A stretch of DNA of 64,000 bases from Clostridia bacterium (GTDB lineage Bacteria; Bacillota; Clostridia; DUPQ01). The stretch spans positions 24 to 64,023 of the forward strand of contig JBAYNV010000003.1 of the NCBI GenBank assembly GCA_041678685.1, written 5' to 3'. A model generated the notes under the pieces. That model was given only the letters and a program-made list of their open reading frames with translations, had not been told where the DNA came from and did not search any database. This document shows positions 28,999-39,516 of the stretch, in pieces (the stretch's first letter is position 1; each line of letters begins with the position of its first letter). Made by a program: the position numbers and the translations under genes.

Positions 28999-30372
28999 AT
29001 GAAAGGAAACAAGCATATGAACAGGAAGCAGTTAGTACTTGATGCAATACTGAATAAAGAAACAGAAAGGACCCCGTGGGTCCCGTTTATAGGCTGTCAC
29101 GCCGCATCTCTTTTAGACGGTGTCACAGCAGAGCAGTTTTTTAAGAGCAGGGACCTGATAGTACAGGGAGTAAAAAAGGCACATGAGCTTTATGAACCGG
29201 ACGGTATACCAGTTCTGTTCGATCTTCAGCTTGAGGCTGAAGCATTAGGCTGCCAGCTCAGATATGCCAATGATAATCCTCCGTCAGTAGCTACACATCC
29301 TCTTGAAGAAGGCGTTAAACTGAGCGATCTCAAAGTACCTACCGTAAAGGACGGAAGATACCCTCTTGTAATGGCTGCCACAAAGGAATTGTGCAGGGAT
29401 CTTGGGGATAATACAGCTATGTACGGACTTATAACAGGACCCTTCACATTAGCTCTTCATCTTATGGGAACTGAGATATTTTACGAGATGATAGATGATC
29501 CTGACCATATAAAAGAAGTCATGGAATTCTGTAAAAAGGTATGCATCGCAACAGCTGATATGTATATGGATGCAGGATGCGATGTCATAGCAGTCGTGGA
29601 TCCCATGACGAGCCAGATCTCACCTGACAGTTTCCTTGAATTCATTACGGATCCTGTATCCGACATTTTCTCGCATATCAGAAATAAGGGGAAGCTCTGT
29701 TCATTGTTTGTATGCGGTGACGCTAAGAGAAATATCGAAGTGATGAGCAAATCGGGATGTGACAATCTGTCCATCGATGAAAACATTCCTCTTGATTATG
29801 TTATAGACATATGCCATAAGAATAATGTATCAGTAGGCGGAAATATAAAGCTTACCGTGACTATGCTTTTTGGTACACCTCAGGATAATATAAACGATGC
29901 ACTGAACTGTATGGCAATTGGTGGCAAAAAAGGATATATCTTATCTCCGGGTTGTGATATGCCATATGCGACACCTAAGGAAAATGTTCTTGCCATAAGC
30001 AATACCGTGCATGGTAACATAGCAAAATCGGTTACAGGCGAAAGCATCCTTGCAGGTATAAAATATGACCTTCCTGATTATGCACATGAAAAGAAAGTCA
30101 TTATCGATGTTATAACGCTGGATTCAGCGTCATGCGCAGCATGTCAGTATATGATGGAAGCTGTAAAACAAGCCTGTGACGGATTGTCAGACAAGGTGCA
30201 GTATATAGAACACAGCATCAAATTGAAAGAGTCTGTCGTATGTATGATGAAGCTTGGAGTGACGAATGTTCCTACGATCGTAATAGACGGCAGGATCTCA
30301 TATGTCAGTATAGTGCCAAGCATACAGGAATTGAAAGCAGCGATAGAAAGAGCCATAGAAGAGAAAAAATAA
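28999..30372 (+). CDS. Uroporphyrinogen decarboxylase (URO-D/MtaA-like) family protein fused to C-terminal thioredoxin-fold (CxxC) domain
   Basis: URO-D-like TIM barrel (RTPWVPFIGCHAASL...). The last roughly 85 aa (SASCAACQYMMEAV...NVPTIVIDG) have a glutaredoxin/thioredoxin-like fold. Confidence 0.6.
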   Translation: MKGNKHMNRKQLVLDAILNKETERTPWVPFIGCHAASLLDGVTAEQFFKSRDLIVQGVKKAHELYEPDGIPVLFDLQLEAEALGCQLRYANDNPPSVATHPLEEGVKLSDLKVPTVKDGRYPLVMAATKELCRDLGDNTAMYGLITGPFTLALHLMGTEIFYEMIDDPDHIKEVMEFCKKVCIATADMYMDAGCDVIAVVDPMTSQISPDSFLEFITDPVSDIFSHIRNKGKLCSLFVCGDAKRNIEVMSKSGCDNLSIDENIPLDYVIDICHKNNVSVGGNIKLTVTMLFGTPQDNINDALNCMAIGGKKGYILSPGCDMPYATPKENVLAISNTVHGNIAKSVTGESILAGIKYDLPDYAHEKKVIIDVITLDSASCAACQYMMEAVKQACDGLSDKVQYIEHSIKLKESVVCMMKLGVTNVPTIVIDGRISYVSIVPSIQELKAAIERAIEEKK

Positions 30373-30642
30373 ATGGTCGTCAAGCTGATAACAATGAAAA
30401 ATCCATGTCAGGCATGTATGATCACAAGCGATCTGATGGTAGGATTGTTTGAAAAGATCAGTGCAAATTACAATGATGTGGATTTTTCCGTTGTAATACT
30501 TGAAAGAACTGAGGAACTGTGTAAAACACCCGGACTGGTAATGGAAAAACTGCCTGCTGTGATCATAAACGATGAGCAGGTTTCATGCGGGAATGTACTG
30601 CATAGAAGGCAGCTTAAGGAATACATAGAAATACGGAGATAA
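30373..30642 (+). CDS. Small thioredoxin/glutaredoxin-like protein (CQAC motif)
   Basis: 89 aa. NPCQAC near the N-terminus and LPAVIIND are like a Trx-fold protein. It is directly adjacent to the next gene (stop 30642, next ATG 30644). Confidence 0.5.
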   Translation: MVVKLITMKNPCQACMITSDLMVGLFEKISANYNDVDFSVVILERTEELCKTPGLVMEKLPAVIINDEQVSCGNVLHRRQLKEYIEIRR

Positions 30643-30643
30643 A

Positions 30644-31741
30644 ATGGATAAAACAATTATCGCTATAATTGGGGGATTTTTAGGATCCGGTAAGACAACT
30701 GTCATCCTTGAATTGGCAAAGAAATATATCAAAGACGGGTATAGGGTAGGTATCGTGGCAAATGATCAGGGGAGCCAGCTCGTTGATAAGGAATACCTTA
30801 TATCCCAGGGTCTGGATGTGCTTTCAGTAGAGGGAGGCTGTTTCTGCTGCAGATTCGGCGATCTTATGGACAGGGTGGTGGAACATGGTAAGAAAAATGT
30901 TGCAGACATTCTGTTACTTGAACCTGTAGGATCGTGCACTGATCTTGTGTCAACCGTGTTTAGGCCTTTCTTAAATAACAGAAACAAAATGCTGCCGGTT
31001 TTCAATGATAAATTCATACTTGCACCGCTTGCGGTAATGGCAGATCCAAAGAGGGTGAAGCTTCTTATGCAGTGCGATGCAGAACCGAAATTCAATACGG
31101 AAGTGACATATCTGTTTTCAAAACAACTCGAAGAAGCAAATATAATACTGCTTAATAAATGTGATACTATAACTGAAGTGGAAAAGGATATGCTTATCGG
31201 ATATCTCAGTAAAAAGTATAAAGGCGTTGATGTGAGAGGCATATCAGCTTCTATCGGAACAGGGATAGATGGACTCAAGGTAACCCTGCTGATGCAGGCA
31301 TTCACCGACAGGGGCAGGATCGATGTGGATTATGGTATATACGGAGCAGCTGAAGCAAAAATGGGATGGTTCAATACAGGCATATTCGTCCAATACGAAA
31401 AACCGGTCGATTTCAATTTCCTGATGCAAAGATATATGGATGATGTCAGGAAGGAATTCATTGAAAAGGGATGTTCTATAGCGCACATGAAATGCTATGC
31501 AGTTGCTGAAGGAGATCACTTCAAAGCAAGCATAACAGATAATTTCGAAGAGATATCTGTAAATTCACTTATGGCAAACGATCACAGCGAAGCAAATATA
31601 ATAATAAATGCAAGGGTCATTTCGGATGCCGGATTACTTAAGCGGATATGTGAAAAGCATATCGTAGATGTTTTTGGCGTAAGTGATATGGATACGAACT
31701 GCTTCTCCCCGGGATTTCCAAAACCTGCATACAGAGAATAA
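30644..31741 (+). CDS. COG0523 (CobW/ZNG1-like) G3E-family metallochaperone GTPase
   Basis: Walker A GGFLGSGKTT, the GCFCC (CxCC) metal motif, NKCD (G4), and a C-terminal CobW_C-like domain. Confidence 0.8.
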   Translation: MDKTIIAIIGGFLGSGKTTVILELAKKYIKDGYRVGIVANDQGSQLVDKEYLISQGLDVLSVEGGCFCCRFGDLMDRVVEHGKKNVADILLLEPVGSCTDLVSTVFRPFLNNRNKMLPVFNDKFILAPLAVMADPKRVKLLMQCDAEPKFNTEVTYLFSKQLEEANIILLNKCDTITEVEKDMLIGYLSKKYKGVDVRGISASIGTGIDGLKVTLLMQAFTDRGRIDVDYGIYGAAEAKMGWFNTGIFVQYEKPVDFNFLMQRYMDDVRKEFIEKGCSIAHMKCYAVAEGDHFKASITDNFEEISVNSLMANDHSEANIIINARVISDAGLLKRICEKHIVDVFGVSDMDTNCFSPGFPKPAYRE

Positions 31742-31812
31742 GATGCCTGCGATCAACAGAAATGTTGAATTATCTTTTCATAAAACATATAATAACATAA
31801 GAGGTAAAACTG

Positions 31813-32202
31813 ATGAGTGAGGATGCAGTTAAATTCAACGGTCTTTCGACTGATTTGGGTGAACTGAAAGTGACCAATGAGGTCATTGCTATACTCGCAG
31901 GTATCGCCGCGATGGAGGAAGACGGGGTCTATGCCATGAGCGGAGGAATCACAGGAGAGATAGCGCAGGCACTGGGCATAAGAAATCTATCAAAAGGTGT
32001 AAAAATCGAGACAGATGAACAAGGTATACACGTTAATATTTACGTTATTGTCGAACTTGGCGTAAGAATACCTGATGTTGCCTGGAGTATACAGGAGAAA
32101 GTGAAATCCATGGTTGAAAAGATGACAGGAAGTAAAGTCATTGAAGTGAATATACATGTTCAGGGAGTCAATATATTCAGAAACAAGGAGGAGTTGGAAT
32201 GA
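31813..32202 (+). CDS. Asp23/Gls24 family alkaline shock protein
   Basis: Asp23 signature (VIAILAGIAAMEEDGVYAM...). Confidence 0.8.
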   Translation: MSEDAVKFNGLSTDLGELKVTNEVIAILAGIAAMEEDGVYAMSGGITGEIAQALGIRNLSKGVKIETDEQGIHVNIYVIVELGVRIPDVAWSIQEKVKSMVEKMTGSKVIEVNIHVQGVNIFRNKEELE

Positions 32203-32741
32203 AGGTAATTAAAAAGGCCAGAAAACTGGTGATTGGCATAAATATCGTTCTGGTCGTGATCATGTGCGTTGTTACAGCATTTGCGACCCTAGCTCCTCTG
32301 CAATTTGAAAAAGCATTTGAAGATTTCGTAGATGCCGGTTTTTTTTCTTTAAACCGGGGCATATTGTTTCTTGTTGTCATGCTAATACTTGCCCTTGATG
32401 TGTTTTTTATCATATCACTGTTTGAAAAGGATGAGAAAGTCACTGAATCGGTCACAATAAATAACGGAGCCGGACAGATAAGCATAGCTGTTTATTCACT
32501 TGAAGCTTTAGCGATAATGGAAGTCAAGCAATATGAAAAAGTATCGGATATAAGAGCAAAAGTGATAATGAAGGAAAATGATGTCAGCATGGATATTTAT
32601 GTCAAGGTACTGCCTACCGTACTGATACCTCAGCTTTCATCCGAGATCCAGGCAAAAGTGAAAGAGAAAATACAGACAGGAACAGGAATAGAACTGAAGC
32701 AGGTAAGAGTTTTTGTTGACGGTATTGCTGAAATAAGTTAG
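32199..32741 (+). CDS. Asp23-associated membrane anchor AmaP-like protein
   Basis: N-terminal TM helices, 4-nt overlap with the asp23-like gene, and the typical Asp23-AmaP arrangement. Confidence 0.5.
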   Translation: MKVIKKARKLVIGINIVLVVIMCVVTAFATLAPLQFEKAFEDFVDAGFFSLNRGILFLVVMLILALDVFFIISLFEKDEKVTESVTINNGAGQISIAVYSLEALAIMEVKQYEKVSDIRAKVIMKENDVSMDIYVKVLPTVLIPQLSSEIQAKVKEKIQTGTGIELKQVRVFVDGIAEIS

Positions 32742-32752
32742 AATGTGATGCT

Positions 32753-33157
32753 ATGGGAAGAAGAAAATCAAGGGAACACGCTTTCAAGCTTGTTTACCAG
32801 GTACAAATCAATAACGACGATGTGAAGGAACAGACGGATCAATACTTTCTCGATAATGATATAGATGAGGAAGCGCAGCAATATATCCGTGATGCTGTCC
32901 TGTATATACATGCCAATTCTATGGATATAGATAAGGAATTATCAAAATATCTGGCAAAAAAATGGACTGTAGAAAGATTGCCGAAAGTTGAGCTGGCCAT
33001 AATGAGGCTGGCATATTACGAGATAATGAATGTAGCTGATGTACCTAAGTCTGTTGCCATCAATGAAGCAGTTGAACTGGCCAAGACTTATGGTGATGAG
33101 GATGCCGGAAAATATATCAATGCCGTGTTGGCTAATATCCATAACGGAGAGGATTAA
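32753..33157 (+). CDS. nusB: Transcription antitermination factor NusB
   Basis: MGRRKSREHAFKLVYQ N-terminus; NusB fold. Confidence 0.9.
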   Translation: MGRRKSREHAFKLVYQVQINNDDVKEQTDQYFLDNDIDEEAQQYIRDAVLYIHANSMDIDKELSKYLAKKWTVERLPKVELAIMRLAYYEIMNVADVPKSVAINEAVELAKTYGDEDAGKYINAVLANIHNGED

Positions 33158-34353
33158 TGGAAAAGGCGTTATCAGTTTCGCAGTTAAATGAATATATCAA
33201 AAATCTGATAGCCTCTGACGATATACTTGAAAATCTTACGGTCGAAGGAGAGATTTCGAACTGTACTCTTCACTATTCAGGACATATATATTTTTCTATA
33301 AAGGATAAAGATTCATCCATAAGGTGCGTCATGTTTGCGGGAAGCACGAAAAATCTTAAATTCAAACCTGAAGACGGGATCAAGGTATGCGTATTCGGAT
33401 ACCTGTCTTTTTATGAAAAAAGCGGGCAGTGTCAGATCATAGTCACGGCTATGTTGAAATCAGGAGCAGGCGATCTGTTTGTGAAGTTCGAAGAGCTTAA
33501 GGCGAAACTGCTGGCTGAAGGTTTATTTGATAATACTCATAAGAAACCGATACCTTATTTGCCGGAGACAATCGGCGTAATCACATCAAAAACAGGCGCG
33601 GTGCTTCAGGATATAAGGAACGTGCTTGGCAGGCGTTTTGACAACTACAGCATCATACTATATCCTTCACAGGTGCAGGGTAAAGATGCGCATAAAACTA
33701 TAATAAAAGGTATCGAATACTTTAACGGGCATAATAATGTTGATGTCATAATAATAGCAAGAGGCGGCGGATCTGCAGAGGATCTGTGGCCTTTTAATGA
33801 AGAGGAACTGGCATATGCGATTTTTAAGAGCGAAATACCTATAATATCGGCGATCGGCCATGAAGTGGATTTTACGATAGCTGATTTTGTCAGCGATCTT
33901 CGTGCTCCGACACCATCTGCAGCAGCCGAACTCGTATTGCCTGACAAGGTCTCACTTAAAAAGGATATCGCGATACAAAAGGATATGCTTGACAGCGGAT
34001 ACAGGAAGCTTATTACCTCCTTATATGAAAAAGTAAAGAATATCCAGAACAGGCCGGTTATGAAAAGACCGGAGGAATACACAAATATTCTCGTCATGAA
34101 CCTCGATAATATGGCTTCAAGATTAATAACGGCTGGGCATACATATTTGGACCACAGGATATCGCAATATGATAATATGAGCAAAAGGCTTGAAGCCCTT
34201 TGTCCTATGAATGTATTAAAAAGAGGTTACAGTATAACAACAGACAGTTATGGTCATGTGATAACAAGGAGTTCAATGGTTTCGAAAGGAACAATGATAT
34301 ATACGGAGACGGGAAAGGGCAGCATACAGAGTGTTGTTGAAAAGGCATATTAA
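33157..34353 (+). CDS. xseA: Exodeoxyribonuclease VII large subunit
   Basis: OB-fold N-terminus plus the catalytic core (ARGGGSAEDLWPFNEE). Confidence 0.9.
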   Translation: MEKALSVSQLNEYIKNLIASDDILENLTVEGEISNCTLHYSGHIYFSIKDKDSSIRCVMFAGSTKNLKFKPEDGIKVCVFGYLSFYEKSGQCQIIVTAMLKSGAGDLFVKFEELKAKLLAEGLFDNTHKKPIPYLPETIGVITSKTGAVLQDIRNVLGRRFDNYSIILYPSQVQGKDAHKTIIKGIEYFNGHNNVDVIIIARGGGSAEDLWPFNEEELAYAIFKSEIPIISAIGHEVDFTIADFVSDLRAPTPSAAAELVLPDKVSLKKDIAIQKDMLDSGYRKLITSLYEKVKNIQNRPVMKRPEEYTNILVMNLDNMASRLITAGHTYLDHRISQYDNMSKRLEALCPMNVLKRGYSITTDSYGHVITRSSMVSKGTMIYTETGKGSIQSVVEKAY

Positions 34354-34557
34354 ATGAGTGAAAAGAATTTCAACGAATTGTATAAGGAACTGGAAAAAAA
34401 GGTCGAGCTTTTGGAAAAAGGCGAACTGCTTCTTGAAGAAGCCGTGAAAGTATATACTGAAGGCAATGTCATTATCAAAATGCTCAATGAGAAACTTGAT
34501 AAAGCAAGGGAAAAGATGACCGTTGTGGATTCCGGGATCAATGAAGAGGATAAGTGA
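34354..34557 (+). CDS. xseB: Exodeoxyribonuclease VII small subunit
   Basis: 67 aa helical protein (FEELYKELEKKVELLEKGEL) immediately after xseA. Confidence 0.85.
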   Translation: MSEKNFNELYKELEKKVELLEKGELLLEEAVKVYTEGNVIIKMLNEKLDKAREKMTVVDSGINEEDK

Positions 34558-35429
34558 TGAACGGGATAATAGAAAGCAGACTTCAAGAGTATAATACTAT
34601 GGTCACAGAGTATATTAATAATGTGATCGATGGTTACGATGCTCCAAAGGATCTTAAGGAGGCATGCGCATACAGTATCAATGCAGGCGGCAAGAGGATA
34701 AGGCCGGCATTGTTTTTAATGACTCTTGAGGCTTTCGAAAAGACAATCTGTGACAAAGAGACAGCGTTCGCATCATCTTTGGAGATGATACATACATATT
34801 CACTAATCCATGATGACCTTCCTGCGATGGACAATGACGATTACAGAAGAGGTAAACTCACAAGCCACAAGGTATTCGGGGAAGCGATGGCAATACTGAC
34901 AGGTGATACCCTTTTGAATATGGCATTTGAAACAATGCTGAAAAACTCCGTAAGCAAAAACGATATTCGCGCAATGTATGAGATAGCAAAAGCAAGCGGC
35001 AGCTCAGGAATGGTAGGCGGTCAGGTACTTGATATCAACTCTTGTGCAACCGTCAGGGAGATAATGCATATGTATGCATTGAAGACTGGCGCACTGTTCA
35101 AAGCATCAGTGCTCTCTGCGGCGATTTTATCCGGGTGCGGTAAAAGAAAATTAAAGCATCTTGACGATTATACGATGCATCTTGGAATAGCATTCCAGCT
35201 GAGGGATGATATAATCGACAGGACAAAAATAAATCCGCTCACCGGTAAACCCAAGAACAGTGATGAAAAAAACAATAAATCAACATATATATCAAGAAGA
35301 GGTTTGGAAAATTCGAAAAAAAAGCTGCATGAACATACGCGGAATGCGGTAGATGCGTTAAAAACATTCCCTAAGAGTTTTGACATATTGAGGGAATGCG
35401 CGTTATATCTTGACGACAGGAGCAATTAA
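34554..35429 (+). CDS. ispA: Farnesyl/geranyl diphosphate synthase
   Basis: First (LIHDDLPAMDNDDYRRG) and second (FQLRDDIID) aspartate-rich motifs. Confidence 0.9.
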   Translation: MMNGIIESRLQEYNTMVTEYINNVIDGYDAPKDLKEACAYSINAGGKRIRPALFLMTLEAFEKTICDKETAFASSLEMIHTYSLIHDDLPAMDNDDYRRGKLTSHKVFGEAMAILTGDTLLNMAFETMLKNSVSKNDIRAMYEIAKASGSSGMVGGQVLDINSCATVREIMHMYALKTGALFKASVLSAAILSGCGKRKLKHLDDYTMHLGIAFQLRDDIIDRTKINPLTGKPKNSDEKNNKSTYISRRGLENSKKKLHEHTRNAVDALKTFPKSFDILRECALYLDDRSN

Positions 35430-35432
35430 AGA

Positions 35433-37280
35433 ATGTTAGATCGGATCAGGGTATCCGGAGATATAAAGGGTATCGAAAAAGAGAATATCGCAGCATTATG
35501 CCAGGAGATACGTGATATGCTGGTAAATGTCGTTACCGTCAACGGGGGGCATCTTGCAAGCAATCTGGGTGTTGTCGAGCTTACAGTAGCGCTTCACAGA
35601 TGCTTTGATCTTGAGAAGGATGCAATAATCTTTGATGTAGGGCACCAGAGCTATGTGCATAAGATACTGACAGGCCGTAAGGATCTGATGATCACGATGG
35701 GAAAACCGGGAGGTCTTAACTGCTTTCCTGATGAAGCGGAAAGCAGATATGACGCTTTCAACACAGGACATGCAAGCACATCCATTTCTGCGGCTCTTGG
35801 TATGGAAAAGGCCGGCAAATTGAAGGGTTTGGATGGTGCAACGGTCGTAGTGATAGGTGACGGCGCGCTTGCAGGCGGCATGGTGTATGAAGCTTTGAAC
35901 AATGCTGCGGATGACGATTCCGATATACTTATAATCCTTAATGACAATGAAATGAGTATCAGCAAAAATGTCGGAGCGATGTCACGTTATCTTTCAAAAC
36001 TCAGACTAAAGAGATCATATATCGAAACGAACACAAACGTGAAAAACTTTGTAAGCAAGCTTCCCGGAGGAGGCAAAGGTCTAATAAGGTTCGTACAGAA
36101 AACAAAGAGAAGCTTGAAATCATTTGTCGGACAGAAAATGTTCTTTGAGGATCTGGATATCAAATACCTCGGACCAGTCGACGGGCATGACGAACAGGAG
36201 CTTGAAGATATACTCAACCGGGCGAAAAATGTAAAAGGACCAAAACTTCTGCATGTGATAACGACAAAAGGCAAAGGATATATAAAAGCTGAGAATGATC
36301 CTGTCATGTTCCATGGCATCAAAAGCTCAGCATCGCTTGGCATGCATAAAACAAATCCTACATATACAGAAGAAGCTGGCAAAGCACTGATAAGAATAGC
36401 AGGGAAAGATAATAATCTCGTATGTGTCTGTCCTGCCATGACTGAAGGTTCAGGATTACAGGAATTCAGCAGGATATATAAGAACAGGTATTTTGATGTC
36501 GGCATAACAGAGCAGCATGCAATAACGTTTGCGGCCGGTCTGGCTAAAAACGGTATAAAACCGGTCACTGTTATATATTCATCATTTTTACAGAGAGCTT
36601 ATGATCAGATACTGCACGATGTATGCCTGACAGGGAAAAAAGTAGTCATATGCGTGGACAAAGCAGGTGTCAACGAAAGATACGGAAAAACGCATCAGGG
36701 GATATATGATCTGTCTTTCCTTTCTTCCATGCCTAATATGACGATCCTTGCACCAGGATCAAAAGAGGATGTATACGAATCGATCCATTGCGCTCTATAT
36801 GATATAAGCGGATGCGTGGCCATCAGATACCCGAGCGATGAGATCATGGACTTTACAGGTTATTCCGGATCAGAAGATGATAACATACTCGCACCTGTGG
36901 AATATAACATCAGCGGTGAAAAAAAAGATACTGCCATACTGGCTTATGGCAGAATGTTAACGATAGCGATGAACGCATCAGCAAAATGCGGTTGCGCTGT
37001 CATAAAAATAAGGAAGCTGTATCCTTTGGATCATGAAAGGCTTTATGGCATTCTTAAGAATTACAGGAGAGTATTCTGTACTGAGGACGTCATATATAAC
37101 GGAAGCGTGACACAGAATATGGAGTCATGGATGTATAGGCAGAATATTAAGAATCTCATATTCAAAGGTATAAATATTAAAGAGAATGCCTCGATGCAGG
37201 GATCGGTCGACGAAATACTGTCTGAAAACGGCCTTTCAGCTGATAATCTTGCAGATATGATAAACGATGACAAGGCTTGA
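35433..37280 (+). CDS. dxs: 1-deoxy-D-xylulose-5-phosphate synthase
   Basis: TPP-binding GDG...N motif and transketolase-like domains (GHQSYVHKILTGR). Confidence 0.95.
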   Translation: MLDRIRVSGDIKGIEKENIAALCQEIRDMLVNVVTVNGGHLASNLGVVELTVALHRCFDLEKDAIIFDVGHQSYVHKILTGRKDLMITMGKPGGLNCFPDEAESRYDAFNTGHASTSISAALGMEKAGKLKGLDGATVVVIGDGALAGGMVYEALNNAADDDSDILIILNDNEMSISKNVGAMSRYLSKLRLKRSYIETNTNVKNFVSKLPGGGKGLIRFVQKTKRSLKSFVGQKMFFEDLDIKYLGPVDGHDEQELEDILNRAKNVKGPKLLHVITTKGKGYIKAENDPVMFHGIKSSASLGMHKTNPTYTEEAGKALIRIAGKDNNLVCVCPAMTEGSGLQEFSRIYKNRYFDVGITEQHAITFAAGLAKNGIKPVTVIYSSFLQRAYDQILHDVCLTGKKVVICVDKAGVNERYGKTHQGIYDLSFLSSMPNMTILAPGSKEDVYESIHCALYDISGCVAIRYPSDEIMDFTGYSGSEDDNILAPVEYNISGEKKDTAILAYGRMLTIAMNASAKCGCAVIKIRKLYPLDHERLYGILKNYRRVFCTEDVIYNGSVTQNMESWMYRQNIKNLIFKGINIKENASMQGSVDEILSENGLSADNLADMINDDKA

Positions 37281-37992
37281 TATCGCGCTTTCTGATAAAG
37301 GTCTTTGTAAAAGCAGATCGCATGCAAAGGAAGCTATCTTAAAAGGTAATGTACTTGTCAATGACCGCGCTGTCCAAAAACCTTCATTTGAAATAAATGA
37401 TAATGATAATATAAAAGTGATAAATCCGGATAATTATGTAGGAAGAGGCGCATATAAGCTTCTTCAGGCTTTTGATGATTTTAATATCGATGTCAGTGAT
37501 AAGGTCGTTATGGATATAGGCGCATCGACAGGCGGATTTACCCAGGTGCTTTTGGAAAAGGGCGTAAAAAAAGCGTATGCCATTGATGTCGGGCATGATC
37601 AGCTCGATCCGATCATAAAAAACGATGCAAGGGTAGTCGTGATGGAAGGTACTGACATCCGCAATTTGAAGCCTTCCGATATCCCTGATGTGATCGGATT
37701 CATAACCTGTGACGTATCATTCATTTCACTTAAAAAAATTGCAAAAGAGATCGCCGGTTTCATGTATGTTGGAAGCAAGGCGCTGTTCCTTATAAAACCG
37801 CAGTTTGAAGCGGGACGCGAGAACATAGATAAAAACGGGATCGTAAAAAACAGTGAGATAAGAATGAAAAGCGTAAAAAGCACTGAAGCTTTCATTAATG
37901 GACAGGGGATCAGGACTCTGGGTCTTCGGGAATGCCTTACAAGAGGTAAGGAAGGTAACATTGAATTCCTGCTTTATGCAGAAAAATCATAA
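37267..37992 (+). CDS. tlyA: TlyA-family rRNA 2'-O-methyltransferase (S4 + FtsJ domains)
   Basis: N-terminal S4 (RLDIALSDKGLCKSRSHAKEAI) and an FtsJ SAM-MTase with GASTGGFTQVLL. Confidence 0.85.
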   Translation: MTRLDIALSDKGLCKSRSHAKEAILKGNVLVNDRAVQKPSFEINDNDNIKVINPDNYVGRGAYKLLQAFDDFNIDVSDKVVMDIGASTGGFTQVLLEKGVKKAYAIDVGHDQLDPIIKNDARVVVMEGTDIRNLKPSDIPDVIGFITCDVSFISLKKIAKEIAGFMYVGSKALFLIKPQFEAGRENIDKNGIVKNSEIRMKSVKSTEAFINGQGIRTLGLRECLTRGKEGNIEFLLYAEKS

Positions 37993-37995
37993 ATC

Positions 37996-39387
37996 TTAGA
38001 CGGAGAAAGCATACAGATCCGTACTGTGCATCACGAAATGTATCCTGTATGTCTGGTCTTTCAGATCTTTCAGATCGGAACTGCCTTTCCATGATACTGT
38101 CTGCCATACTTTACCGCTTAGAAGCTTGTCGCATGATGATAGATCATATCCGGTAACAGGTACATAACTGTTTTTGTCGACTATCTCAGCTTTTACATAC
38201 GCGCCTTCCGGTATGCTCGCATTTATAGCAAGAACATCCTGACTGATATCCAGCTTGATAGTATAGAAATCGCCTTCATCATCTGAAGATAACGATGTGA
38301 ATCCGTCTTCGCGTATGACAGCTCTGCGGTAACACCCTCCGGGCTTTGTGCGGTTCTCTGGGACCGTATTATGCCCGTCTTTGCACGAATGCACATAAAA
38401 GGACCATGTGCCGTCTTCATTGTCTATTATGCCCTTTGTAGAACTGATCATCATTTCATGTGAAAACCCCGGGGTTTCATTATCTATGTATGCATCCTGG
38501 CCCATAGGCCTGTACCATATAGCTCCGTCGCGGCTTGTAAGAAAGTATATTTCAAACTTGTCACATGTCCTCTTATACATATCCATCATCATGATATGTG
38601 CATTTTCCGCTCCGGGCCACTTATGATAACCTGAAGTATAATAGTCCCAGTCAGGAGGATCAGAGGGATCATTATTGAGGATCATGACAGGATCAGGAAA
38701 ATGCGTAAAATCCTTGCTTGAAGTCCTTGATATGCTCCTTCTTGGCAGAGCATATCCTTTGATCTGTCTTGTATATATCACATATTCACCTTTTTCATCG
38801 TCATGATCCAATACATTCTGCGTATCGCCAGGATTGTTCAGCAGAGGTTCACCCATGTCATGCCAGTTGATGCCGTCAGCTGACATGGAACCGTATAAAG
38901 CACATGCTGTCGCCCATGGTTTTGATCTGTCATAATGGACCCATATAAGCTTGTATCTTTCACATTCAGGCGCATTTGTATCATAGAACACGCATGTACC
39001 ATGTATGTTTTTCAGCAGATTGTTATTATATGAACCGTAGAAAGGGAATATATTCAATACTGGTTTCACAAAATGTATCCCGTCATCAGATTCAGCATAT
39101 GCAAGATTACATTTCATGTCATCAAGTTTCATATCATCAGCTGCAGTGAATGTTTCATACCATACCTGGATCCTGCTATTGATTTTAATGAAAGTCGCAT
39201 AAGCGTTCACTCTTGAACTCTCCCATGGCTTGTCAGGCAATATAACAGGGGATGGATCTATGACAGGTCTGTGTACTTTTATGTGTATGCCTTTTGGAGA
39301 AACAACCGGAAGACCGGAGTATGGCCATACTGTTCCGTAACCAGGTTCAACATTGGACCAATCAATGAAAACATATTTACTTATCAT
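37996..39387 (-). CDS. Cytoplasmic hypothetical protein, possibly beta-propeller glycoside-hydrolase-like (463 aa)
   Basis: A long, clean ORF with no signal peptide, rich in W, Y and D, with repeated motifs suggestive of a GH32/43/130-type beta-propeller. Family not resolved from sequence alone. Confidence 0.3.
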   Translation of the reverse strand: MISKYVFIDWSNVEPGYGTVWPYSGLPVVSPKGIHIKVHRPVIDPSPVILPDKPWESSRVNAYATFIKINSRIQVWYETFTAADDMKLDDMKCNLAYAESDDGIHFVKPVLNIFPFYGSYNNNLLKNIHGTCVFYDTNAPECERYKLIWVHYDRSKPWATACALYGSMSADGINWHDMGEPLLNNPGDTQNVLDHDDEKGEYVIYTRQIKGYALPRRSISRTSSKDFTHFPDPVMILNNDPSDPPDWDYYTSGYHKWPGAENAHIMMMDMYKRTCDKFEIYFLTSRDGAIWYRPMGQDAYIDNETPGFSHEMMISSTKGIIDNEDGTWSFYVHSCKDGHNTVPENRTKPGGCYRRAVIREDGFTSLSSDDEGDFYTIKLDISQDVLAINASIPEGAYVKAEIVDKNSYVPVTGYDLSSCDKLLSGKVWQTVSWKGSSDLKDLKDQTYRIHFVMHSTDLYAFSV

Positions 39388-39516
39388 CAGGTACCTCCGG
39401 CTTACACAAATAAAATCATATCAAAAGCAAAAACATATTGCAATTACTTAATACTGATATATATAATATACTAAACGGATATGATCTGTAGATCATGGAT
39501 GAATCAGAGGATATAT

